The position numbers were made by a program, and so were the translations under genes. The notes under the pieces were generated by a model, which saw nothing but the letters and a program-made list of their open reading frames with translations, was not told the DNA's origin and ran no database searches. From the UHGV virus genome UHGV-0271976: a DNA stretch of 34,612 nucleotides; one strand, written 5' to 3'. Source of the DNA: a virus. Shown here piece by piece: positions 8,150-15,700 of the stretch. The number at the start of each line of letters is the position of its first letter. Positions within the stretch are counted from its first letter, which is position 1.

Positions 8150-10294
8150 TTGCTGGCCCTCAAGCCGTCGAGCCTGACCCACGACCAGCAAAGCTTTTCC
8201 GCCTCCGCCATCACCGCGGTTTATCCCGTCCGCACCTTGGACGAGGTCTTGCCCTTCCAACAGTTCGATACTGTCACCATTTCCCAAAACGGGAACACCA
8301 TTCTATCCGGCCTCGTTTCCAGCATCGAAAAGACCTACAGCGGCTCTTCCCGTGCGTGGAAAATCGTCTTTTCCGATCCTTGGTATTGGCTGGACCATTG
8401 CTTTGCGCTGGATAACGACTGGAAGCCGGTCTTTTCCATGTGGAATAAAGTCAGCGGCGGGGGCGCCATCATTCCGAAGATAAGCATTTCCGCCGCGCTC
8501 TCCCGGGTGCTGAATCTCGCCAAGCACCACCCGGCGGACTACGAGCTGCGCATCAGCGATGACAAGATGCTGATTCCGTGGAACGCCTCTTGTGATACGC
8601 TGGGCAGCCTTCTTCAATCCATCCGTCACTGGTCGCCCCGCATGGTTTCCTACTATGACTACAGCGGCGCGCGCCCCAAACTCATCATCACGGACTATGA
8701 CGCCCTGACGCCCATTTCGCTTCCCTTGCAGCCATCCGGCGAGATTAAAGCCATGGACGTTTCCCTGGTCCCACGCGGCGACCTCGTGCCTCCCTGCGTG
8801 GCGATTGTCGCGGAAACGACCGGCAGCAACGGCTACCGCGTCTCCTACCTGTCCAAATACCCGAAGGACGGGGACCCGACCCTGCCGCATTCCATCGTTT
8901 ACCGTACGTCAGTAGACTTCTACTACTCCAAATACAGTTCTACCGGGGAACCGGTAGAAGATCCGCAGCCGGTGCAGGGAACCAGGGCCGGCAGCCTGTC
9001 CTACCAGCGCATGAAAGTAAGGGGGCGGAAAATTAACCAGAACGACATGATCAAGAGTTTCTGGAAACATCATTTCCCGTGGATGAAAGACGTTGGCGCG
9101 ATTGCTGTCTATGACAAGGATCCGACCATCACCGGGAAGCCCTGGGACGGAACGGAGGAAGACAAGCCGCGAGGCTACAACACCGCCGCCACAGGCTATG
9201 AACTGACGGACGGGCAAATTCATACCAAATCCATCAGGCCGCAATGGTGCAACGCCACCGTCAAGCAGCGTCTCGCCATCCCGGAAAGAGCGCCTGCCAA
9301 GTGGAGGGAGAAATTCAAGAATGTGGGGACCCTGCAAGGCGTGCCCTGCTTCTGGGAAGAATTCTCGGTGGATCTGGTCACCATGGACCGCCCCTACGCG
9401 AGCTACCCCATTGACGGCATCTACAACGGGGAACAGCCCTCCAACGGCCCGGAAGAAGGGGAATCGCCGGAACCGTCGGAAGGAGTGCCCTATGGGGACA
9501 TTGCCAAAACGGTATGGGAATCCATGCAGGAATTGCCCTGGGACGGCTCTATTTCCTTTGTCGCGCTGGGAGAAGCGCAGACGCGGCAATACATGGGCCG
9601 GCGCGTCTCGCTGCTGGGAGGAAACCCCGCTTGGCAGAACATCAACACCATGATTCAGACGGTGAGCCGCGACCTGCAAACCAACGTGATTTCCCTTTCC
9701 TACGGCGCGCCGGAACAACTAGGGATTGAAGAATGGGTAGAATTGAAGCGCGTGAATGCCACCTCGCGCACATCTTCCACGCTGGAAAACATGCAGGGGG
9801 CGCCGGAATCGCCGGAATACGGCTTTGACCCCAAGCCGGAATCCCCCACCATCAGCCAGCACATCACCAAATCCACGGGAGAATCCACGCCCGCGCCGGA
9901 ATACGGCTTCCAGGTGCGCTTGCAGAAAGATACGGAGGGGGCCATCACCGGGGCGCAAATGAAGCCCGGCGCGCTCTACCTGAACGGCTCGCTGCTCGGC
10001 AAATACCCGCAGGGGGGCGGTTCCGGTTCTTCCTGGGTGACTATCCTCCAAACCAGCGGGGAAGTATGGCTCAACGTCCACTTCGACCAGGACGCCAAAC
10101 TGACGGGCGTTGATGTCTCGGGCATCCAGGGGACCGTCTATCCGATCATGCTCGGAGAGGAAAAGCCTGACGTCAATTTCGACTATTCTTTCCAGATAGC
10201 CTACATCGAAGATGATCAGGTGACGCAGTACGCGCTGGGAATGATCCAGATACCCGTCTTCGGAGGCACCTTCTACCCCTACGGACCAGCTTAA
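8150..10294 (+). CDS. Large tail-tip / host-specificity-like structural protein
   Basis: This 714-aa protein has a TTG start and lies downstream of the tape-measure-like gene. It carries internal PESPEYGF / PAPEYGF repeats. This is a size- and context-based call. Confidence 0.35.
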   Translation: MLALKPSSLTHDQQSFSASAITAVYPVRTLDEVLPFQQFDTVTISQNGNTILSGLVSSIEKTYSGSSRAWKIVFSDPWYWLDHCFALDNDWKPVFSMWNKVSGGGAIIPKISISAALSRVLNLAKHHPADYELRISDDKMLIPWNASCDTLGSLLQSIRHWSPRMVSYYDYSGARPKLIITDYDALTPISLPLQPSGEIKAMDVSLVPRGDLVPPCVAIVAETTGSNGYRVSYLSKYPKDGDPTLPHSIVYRTSVDFYYSKYSSTGEPVEDPQPVQGTRAGSLSYQRMKVRGRKINQNDMIKSFWKHHFPWMKDVGAIAVYDKDPTITGKPWDGTEEDKPRGYNTAATGYELTDGQIHTKSIRPQWCNATVKQRLAIPERAPAKWREKFKNVGTLQGVPCFWEEFSVDLVTMDRPYASYPIDGIYNGEQPSNGPEEGESPEPSEGVPYGDIAKTVWESMQELPWDGSISFVALGEAQTRQYMGRRVSLLGGNPAWQNINTMIQTVSRDLQTNVISLSYGAPEQLGIEEWVELKRVNATSRTSSTLENMQGAPESPEYGFDPKPESPTISQHITKSTGESTPAPEYGFQVRLQKDTEGAITGAQMKPGALYLNGSLLGKYPQGGGSGSSWVTILQTSGEVWLNVHFDQDAKLTGVDVSGIQGTVYPIMLGEEKPDVNFDYSFQIAYIEDDQVTQYALGMIQIPVFGGTFYPYGPA

Positions 10295-10306
10295 ACCGAT
10301 AATACC

Positions 10307-11062
10307 ATGATCAGAATCTATCTATTCACCTATGCCGGAGACGCGGAGGAAGCCCTCGTTTGTGTCCGATGCGCCGCGGCGGCCCTCCCCGAAGCCGTCA
10401 TCACGGTGGTGGACGATGAATCCGCCCCCATTGCTGAACGTGCCAGAATCGCTCTTGTAGAAGCCGGTGCGCGGTATCGTCAAACCGGCTGGACAAGGAA
10501 CGGCAACCTGCGCGGCCCGGAATGCGTCCGGGGCGTCATTTCCACGCTGGCCGGGGAAGCGGAGGATGAAGACGTCATCGTCAAAATCGACTCCGACACG
10601 CTCCTGTTGTCGGGCGGCTGGATCCGCGACATGCAGCGCAACGGTCTGACTCTGCACGCCTCCGGCTACCAAAACCCCAGCCACCCGTCCGAACGCTCCG
10701 CCTATGGTCCGTGTTACGCCATAAAAGGATGGGCGGCCAGACTGGCGGCGGATGAACTGATGCAGGCTGACATCCCCGAGCTCGCTCCCGAAGACCTGAC
10801 GATCTGCCGCACCATTCAGGACCTCTTTCCCCAGGAGAAGATCAGGCTCGATGAACCCTGGACGCCCTTCAACCGGGAAGGGAAATGGACGGCATGGAAC
10901 TGGTTCAGCATCGCCGTAACGCCGAAAAAATACGCCGAATTCTGGATGGTCACCTTCGGCAACCCTCGCCCTACGAACATTCCCAAATCCGAACGCGCCC
11001 GCGCCATGGACGCCTTGTACCGTTACCGGTTCCACAAAAAAGAAGACGGATCATCTTGTTGA
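10307..11062 (+). CDS. GT-A-like glycosyltransferase candidate (possible lysogenic conversion gene)
   Basis: It has VVDDESAP (D-D-x-S-like) and KIDSDTLL (DxD-like) motifs. It sits next to the integrase, where phage O-antigen-modifying glycosyltransferases usually sit. Confidence 0.3.
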   Translation: MIRIYLFTYAGDAEEALVCVRCAAAALPEAVITVVDDESAPIAERARIALVEAGARYRQTGWTRNGNLRGPECVRGVISTLAGEAEDEDVIVKIDSDTLLLSGGWIRDMQRNGLTLHASGYQNPSHPSERSAYGPCYAIKGWAARLAADELMQADIPELAPEDLTICRTIQDLFPQEKIRLDEPWTPFNREGKWTAWNWFSIAVTPKKYAEFWMVTFGNPRPTNIPKSERARAMDALYRYRFHKKEDGSSC

Positions 11063-11095
11063 TGTCAACAAAATGATCGTCTTAGGGAAGGAAGG

Positions 11096-12283
11096 CTAAC
11101 GGGCCAGTCCGACGGCAATCTTGCTCATGGCCTCCTGAACGTCCGACGAATCCGGGCGGAAATACACCCGCTCAATCTCTTCGGAGTCGTGTCCGACGAT
11201 GAAGCGGCACAAATCCGGGGACACCCCGGCCAGGCGCAGGACGGTCACGGCGGTCGCCCGGAGGCTGTGGAAGCTCTTTTCCGAAAGCCGGTGCCGGTCG
11301 CCTCTCACCTCTCCGGGCATCTCTCGGATAATCCCGTACGTTTTCAACAATGTCGTGAACTCCGTGGAAAGCTTGTCGGAACGTCCGCCGGCATGGGCAT
11401 GGCGAAGCGCGGCCAGGGGAAACACGTAATCGTTCACCCGGTTGAGCAGACGCCTTTCCAGAACCTCTTTCAAGGGCTGGATGATCGGCTTGTTCATGCG
11501 GCGCCGGCTCTTCTGCGTGGTCATGAAGAGGAAGGAGTTCTTCAGGTCAATCTGGTCCCATTTCAGCGTCGCCAGGTCTCCGAGGCGCTGGCCTCCGGTG
11601 TAGAGGCACACCCGCACCAGATCCGGCCATTCATCCGGGAACCGTTCAATGATGGTGTTCACTTCCTCCATCGTGAACGCGCCGCGCAGCTGCTTTTCCG
11701 CCTGGTGGTCCGCCCGGGAAGGCATGACGCCCCGGAACGGATTCCGGGAAAGAATCTCCCGGTCTACAGCGACATTGAACGCGGTGGACAGCGTGGACAC
11801 ATAGCGGATGACGGTTCCGGCGGAAACGCGCTCCATTTCCGTTTCTACAAAATCCTTCGCCATCCCTTTATTCAGGGCGGCCAGCGGCATATTCCGCCGG
11901 TCCCCCAGGAACGCCAGAAGCCGGCGGACGGCCATGCCGTCCCGCTCATAGGCCCGCTTCTTGTTTTTCCTCCCGTCCAGCCAGTCAAAAAGAAACCGCG
12001 TCACCGTCATGCCGTTCATGGTGGCTTTCAGCACGCCGGCCTGGTCCCCGGCAATGGCCTTCACCTTGTCCAGGTCAAAAACCCCGTACCGGGCTTCCTT
12101 CTCCATCTCCTGGGCGACGAGCCGCGCCCGGGCTTCATTCTGGGACATAATTGATTTCTTATTGGATCCCGGAAGCAGCGCCTTGGGAACCACGTCGATG
12201 CCGGTTGTTTTCCGAAGCTCTTTGCCGTCCAGGGAGCGGAAGACGGCCACCCATTTGTTGTTGCGTTTGATGATGCCTGCCAT
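11096..12283 (-). CDS. int: Tyrosine integrase (phage integrase family)
   Basis: The 395-aa protein has a C-terminal catalytic region with ...FHSLRATAVTVL...IVGHDS...RVYFRP (H-x-x-R, GH and the nucleophile Tyr). An N-terminal SAM-like DNA-binding region is present. Confidence 0.9.
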   Translation of the reverse strand: MAGIIKRNNKWVAVFRSLDGKELRKTTGIDVVPKALLPGSNKKSIMSQNEARARLVAQEMEKEARYGVFDLDKVKAIAGDQAGVLKATMNGMTVTRFLFDWLDGRKNKKRAYERDGMAVRRLLAFLGDRRNMPLAALNKGMAKDFVETEMERVSAGTVIRYVSTLSTAFNVAVDREILSRNPFRGVMPSRADHQAEKQLRGAFTMEEVNTIIERFPDEWPDLVRVCLYTGGQRLGDLATLKWDQIDLKNSFLFMTTQKSRRRMNKPIIQPLKEVLERRLLNRVNDYVFPLAALRHAHAGGRSDKLSTEFTTLLKTYGIIREMPGEVRGDRHRLSEKSFHSLRATAVTVLRLAGVSPDLCRFIVGHDSEEIERVYFRPDSSDVQEAMSKIAVGLAR

Positions 12284-12890
12284 AGTGCTGTACAGTCCTT
12301 AGACAATGTACAGTTGCATGTACAGGGCGCTTTTTTCTGTCAGGCGCTTTCAGGTGCGCTCAAAACTGCGCAAAATGTAGGAAAATCAAGGGTCATTCCG
12401 TCACGTGCTGACGAGAATTGGCATCGCGTACGGGATTTAGTGTCTTGTCCATAAACTTTTAGCGGGCCACATGTACAGCATACCGTATAGCACTGCCGGA
12501 AAGCCGCACCGTTTATTACTCCGTCGGAAGCTTCACGTAAAGGTCGATATGTCATGACACAGAAAAAATGAACCCTGCGAGGATAAAAAACCGCCCGCGT
12601 CTCCCGACGCGGACGGAAAAGAATAAATAGAAAGGACGTAGTCAGGAATCTGAATACGTGCCTTTTATATCACATTTTACCCGTTAGGCAACCCTTTTTT
12701 CAGCGTTTTAGGCAATGTCATGACTTGTCATCCGGTGAACGGGAAATTGATGACAAAACGTCTTAACGGGGTCACAAGACATCAAATCTCATGAAAAACT
12801 GGAAATCCTACCCCCCCTCTCCCCGCATTTATAACGCTTTAAATATTAGCGTATTAGTAACTAAATTTTCAGCAAGAAAGGGTTACGGCA
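12284..12890. promoter_or_regulatory. Repeat-rich non-coding region upstream of int; candidate attP / integrase arm sites / regulatory DNA
   Basis: No convincing ORF is present. TGTACAG occurs at 12289, 12307 and 12319. A perfect 10-bp palindrome TGTCATGACA lies at 12550-12559, with a related copy TGTCATGACTTGTCAT at 12716-12731. There is an inverted repeat TTGTCATC/GATGACAA (12727/12751) and GGCAATGTCA twice (12711, 12886). A - strand terminator and an AT-rich tract are also present. Confidence 0.4.
12591..12616 (-). terminator. Rho-independent terminator for leftward transcription (insulating int)
   Basis: Stem CCGCGTC/GACGCGG with loop TCCC, plus an outer CCG/CGG extension. On the - strand the hairpin is followed by TTTTTTAT (the A6 run at 12585-12590 on +). 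Confidence 0.45.
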
Positions 12891-13037
12891 ATGTCAGGTA
12901 ACGTAATGCTTGTGTTTTTCTTGCTGGCCGTTCTGTTCGGGTTCACTTGTTTCCGACTCGGCATTATTGAAGGTTGCCGGAGAACCACGAAAAGGATCTT
13001 GGAGAACATTTCAAAGGGGATGAAGAAAGGGGAATGA
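12891..13037 (+). CDS. Small hydrophobic membrane peptide (48 aa)
   Basis: The ORF begins with ATG and translates to MSGNVMLVFFLLAVLFGFTCFRLGIIEGCRRTTKRILENISKGMKKGE. AAGAAAGGG lies upstream. Its stop sits inside the palindrome shared with the convergent repressor-like gene. Confidence 0.3.
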   Translation: MSGNVMLVFFLLAVLFGFTCFRLGIIEGCRRTTKRILENISKGMKKGE

Positions 13038-13050
13038 ATTATTCCCCTTT
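13026..13050. terminator. Perfect 10-bp inverted repeat hairpin shared by the convergent gene ends (+ strand terminator)
   Basis: AAAGGGGAAT-gaatt-ATTCCCCTTT is followed by GTTTTTCTCTTCC on the + strand. Both convergent ORFs end inside it, at ...KKGE* and ...KNKGE*. Confidence 0.4.
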
Positions 13051-13416
13051 GTTTTTCTCTTCCTGTAACCGTTTCATAAGGAGTTCTTTATTGTCTCCTG
13101 CATATTCCAAGACGTAAATAATCCAGTCCACGATATTCATGCCGCAGGCTTTCGCATAATTATTGAATTCGAGGAATTTATCATGCGAGACCTTGAGGTT
13201 GATATCAAGATCAGCGATAGAGATTTGGCTATCGTCGGCAGGTTGGGGTTGGTTCATTAGGTTGTCAATAATGATCAGAGCCTTTTTGGGGATAGTGCGG
13301 CTTTTGGAAAACCAGTTGTTGACAACTAGGTATTTCACTCCGCATTGGTCCGCCAACCATTGCCGGGTTTTTCCGATGTCTTTAAGCCATTGATCTATCT
13401 CTTCTTTTGTGTGCAT
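13039..13416 (-). CDS. HTH (Cro/CI-type) DNA-binding protein; candidate prophage repressor
   Basis: The N-terminal HTH-like segment is GKTRQWLADQCGVKYLVVNNWFSKSRTIP. It diverges from the + strand early genes across a 130-bp intergenic region. The gene is very AT-rich (~37% GC by eye) against a ~60% GC backbone. The C-terminal half has no motif I recognise. Confidence 0.5.
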   Translation of the reverse strand: MHTKEEIDQWLKDIGKTRQWLADQCGVKYLVVNNWFSKSRTIPKKALIIIDNLMNQPQPADDSQISIADLDINLKVSHDKFLEFNNYAKACGMNIVDWIIYVLEYAGDNKELLMKRLQEEKNKGE

Positions 13417-13547
13417 GCCGATGTATTATCATCGTTTAATGACACAAGCAAGATGAAAAAAACAAGCATACAGTGATATTTTTGTCTTGCTCTACAATCA
13501 AACAATGATAAAAAGAGGGCATCAACCAACCAAATCATCACACACCC
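13417..13547. promoter_or_regulatory. Divergent promoter/operator region between the repressor-like gene and the early genes
   Basis: ACAAGCA direct repeats lie at 13444 and 13462. An inverted relative CTTGCTCT is at 13486. A TACAAT -10-like hexamer is at 13492. The region is AT-rich. Confidence 0.35.
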
Positions 13548-13739
13548 ATGATAGATACCATCCAAGTACCAATTCAAAAACTCGCTGAGTCTCCTAAAGC
13601 CAGCGGGTCAGTTATGGCCCTTTCAGTCAGGGACAACTTGCCACTGAGCGAGGCCATTATTCAGACCCTCCGCATCTTGGCTCATGATGCGACCGACAGC
13701 AAAACGCAGCCGAATCAGACCAAAACCTTCAACCGATAA
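13548..13739 (+). CDS. Hypothetical early protein
   Basis: This 63-aa ORF is the first gene after the divergent intergenic region. I recognise no motif. Confidence 0.3.
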   Translation: MIDTIQVPIQKLAESPKASGSVMALSVRDNLPLSEAIIQTLRILAHDATDSKTQPNQTKTFNR

Positions 13740-13744
13740 ACAAC

Positions 13745-14050
13745 ATGAACAACAACATAGTACCATTCAACAATGCCGCGCTTGGCTGTTCTGTCCGGAC
13801 AGTCATCATCAACAACGATCCTTGGTTTGTCGCCAAGGATGTCTGTGAGGCCTTGGAAATCAACAACACCAGCGATACTCTCAAAAAGGTATTGGATGAC
13901 GACGAAGACCGGTGCATCCGGGTTGACGGCGAACCTATTTCCTACGGCGTCGCGGTTGGACTCCTGGAGCAGATAGAGCAGGCAATCGATGAGTGGGATT
14001 TTGACCACGCTCCCCAATGCTACAACCCGGACGGACACTACGACGACTAA
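13745..14050 (+). CDS. Bro-N domain protein (anti-repressor-like, N-terminal domain only)
   Basis: IVPFNNAALGCSVRTVIINNDPWFVAKDVCEALEINNTSDTLKKVLDDDE matches the Bro-N signature (F.F....R.v...ge.WFvakDv...L...n...). The 101-aa length means only the N-domain is present. Confidence 0.6.
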   Translation: MNNNIVPFNNAALGCSVRTVIINNDPWFVAKDVCEALEINNTSDTLKKVLDDDEDRCIRVDGEPISYGVAVGLLEQIEQAIDEWDFDHAPQCYNPDGHYDD

Positions 14051-14181
14051 CTGACTTTTAACCAATCGCCCGGCCCAGGTGGGGCCTAAAACCAAAACCA
14101 AAACATCAATAGGTATATAGAGTAATACGGTCTGGCAGGCGCGGGGAAACCCGTCCGGGCGGCCAATTCAGAAGAACGAAC

Positions 14182-14493
14182 ATGAGCGAAAACGACACAA
14201 CCATGACCACCCTTGCGACCGCGCTGGAAACGCTGGCCGGAGTATTGCGGGAGCTGGCAAGCACGCCTGTTCCTTCTACGCCTGAATCGTCTTCCGTTTC
14301 CATTTTCGGATCAATCGAAAAGAAATACGCTAAAAGCTCCACCTTAGCCACTTATTATGACATTTCATCCCGTCAGATGGACAACATCCTGGCACGGGCG
14401 GGCAAGAATGTAAGAAGGCTGGAAGGAGTCGGAAAAGGAACCCTTTATAACATGGAAGACGTGGAAAAATACTTAACTAACAAAAGAAAATGA
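14182..14493 (+). CDS. HTH_17/excisionase-family DNA-binding protein with an S/T-rich N-terminus
   Basis: The C-terminal half (YAKSSTLATYYDISSRQMDNILARAGKNVRRLEGVGKGTLYNMEDVEKYL) fits the excisionase/AlpA-type winged HTH pattern. Confidence 0.45.
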   Translation: MSENDTTMTTLATALETLAGVLRELASTPVPSTPESSSVSIFGSIEKKYAKSSTLATYYDISSRQMDNILARAGKNVRRLEGVGKGTLYNMEDVEKYLTNKRK

Positions 14494-14870
14494 CCACACA
14501 TCAACACATCATTGACCGGGGCCCCTTCAAGGGGATGGTGGAAACGATCACCAACAACCCGCACCCCGCAAAGACGACGCGCTGCTACATGTGCGCAGCG
14601 CCGCTGAAAGCCTCGTCTTCATGGATGTCCCTGGTAGGGGACCATCAGGACGGCGTCTTCACCGCGCGCTTTCTGTGCCCGTTATGCGCCAGGGAACGCC
14701 TCAACGGCATCCCGGACGAAGCGGAGCGCTGCTGGAACTATACCCAAGCCGCCCAATCAGGGCCCCGGATTACCAAAATCCTCGCTTACCTGATTTTCTG
14801 GTGTGGACTGGTTACTGCCGGAGGAACATTCCTCTTCTTAATTTTCCTCCTGCTCAAAAACCTTTTTTAA
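14490..14870 (+). CDS. Zn-ribbon (CxxC...CxxC) protein with a C-terminal transmembrane helix
   Basis: It has CYMCAAP...(26 aa)...CPLCARE and a hydrophobic C-terminus ILAYLIFWCGLVTAGGTFLFLIFLLL. It overlaps the upstream gene by 4 nt. Confidence 0.4.
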   Translation: MTTHQHIIDRGPFKGMVETITNNPHPAKTTRCYMCAAPLKASSSWMSLVGDHQDGVFTARFLCPLCARERLNGIPDEAERCWNYTQAAQSGPRITKILAYLIFWCGLVTAGGTFLFLIFLLLKNLF

Positions 14871-14896
14871 CTGATTAACTAAATAAATAAAACATT

Positions 14897-15700
14897 ATGC
14901 AAAAATACAAATTTACTGGAGAAACAAAGGAGGTGTATGGCTGCACCTTGCACCAGATCGTATGCGTAACAGCGTTTGCCTCCGTCGCTGCCGGAGAGGT
15001 TGGCGGCTACATTGAAAAAGAAGTCAACCTGTCCCAAGACGGGAACGCCTGGGTCTTCGGGGACGCCGAGGTCTTCGGGGACGCCAAGGTCTCCGGGAAC
15101 GCCAAGGTCTCCGGGGACGCCAAGGTCTTCGGGGACGCCGAGGTCTGCGGGGACGCCGAGGTCTTCGGGGACGCCAAGGTCTCCGGGAACGCCAAGGTCT
15201 TCGGGAACGCCGAGGTCTGCGGGGACGCCGAGGTCTTCGGGAACGCCGAGGTCTTCGGGAACGCCGAGGTCTTCGGGGACGCCAAGGTCTTCGGGGACGC
15301 CGAGGTCCGCGGGGACGCCGAGGTCTTCGGGAACGCCGAGGTCTTCGGGAACGCCAAGGTCTCCGGGAACGCCGAGGCCTGCGGGGACGCCGAGGTCTGC
15401 GGGAACGCCGAGGTCTGCGGGAACGCCATTTTGAGACGTGGGTCCACCGAGACGGCAACCGATTACATCGTGATTGGACCCCAGGGATCGCGCCGGAGTT
15501 TTGCGACGTTGCATTTACCCTCCAATACGGTGTGCACTGGGTGTTTTGTCGGAGACTTGAATGAATTCAAGGTAGCGGTCTCCACTAGTCACAATCCTAA
15601 TCACTGTGATGACTGCAAGATCTTCAACGAGCAGTATCAGCGTGTTATCCAGGTGTTTGAATTTTACGCGAAGGACCGTCAAGACAAAGATGTTCAATGA
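14897..15700 (+). CDS. Acidic tandem hexapeptide-repeat protein (predicted beta-helix-like) with a Cys/His-containing C-terminal domain
   Basis: The 267-aa product carries 21 consecutive hexapeptides G-[DN]-A-[EK]-V-[FSC], with a net charge of about -16 across the array. The C-terminus has CTGCF...HNPNHCDDC. It shares orientation with its neighbours and has protein-like sequence on both sides of the repeat. Its stop overlaps the recT start (ATGTTCAATGA). Confidence 0.6.
   Translation: MQKYKFTGETKEVYGCTLHQIVCVTAFASVAAGEVGGYIEKEVNLSQDGNAWVFGDAEVFGDAKVSGNAKVSGDAKVFGDAEVCGDAEVFGDAKVSGNAKVFGNAEVCGDAEVFGNAEVFGNAEVFGDAKVFGDAEVRGDAEVFGNAEVFGNAKVSGNAEACGDAEVCGNAEVCGNAILRRGSTETATDYIVIGPQGSRRSFATLHLPSNTVCTGCFVGDLNEFKVAVSTSHNPNHCDDCKIFNEQYQRVIQVFEFYAKDRQDKDVQ
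15047..15427 (+). repeat. 21 x 18-nt near-identical tandem repeat, consensus GCC(G/A)AGGTCT(T/C/G)CGGG(G/A)AC
   Basis: I counted the units directly. Units differ almost only at nucleotide positions 4, 11 and 16 of each unit, and all of those changes are nonsynonymous. All third codon positions are invariant. Confidence 0.9.

Noticed and set aside
12284-12560. Possible tRNA gene as integration target next to int
   Set aside because: I could discern no cloverleaf-compatible segment or conserved T-loop (GTTCGAATC-like) motif by eye. A tRNAscan run would settle it.
15047-15427. CRISPR array or DGR variable-repeat interpretation of the 18-nt repeats
   Set aside because: The units are contiguous with no spacers, so this is not CRISPR. 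No reverse transcriptase or template repeat is present, and several adenines in the unit are invariant, so the variation does not follow the DGR adenine rule.
14879-15514. Antisense and alternative-frame ORFs across the 18-nt repeat array (PRSSGTP..., RRPRRSRRP..., GVPEDLGVP... translations)
   Set aside because: All six frames stay open through a perfect tandem repeat. Only the + frame 14897..15700 has protein-like flanks, the neighbours' orientation and coupling to recT.
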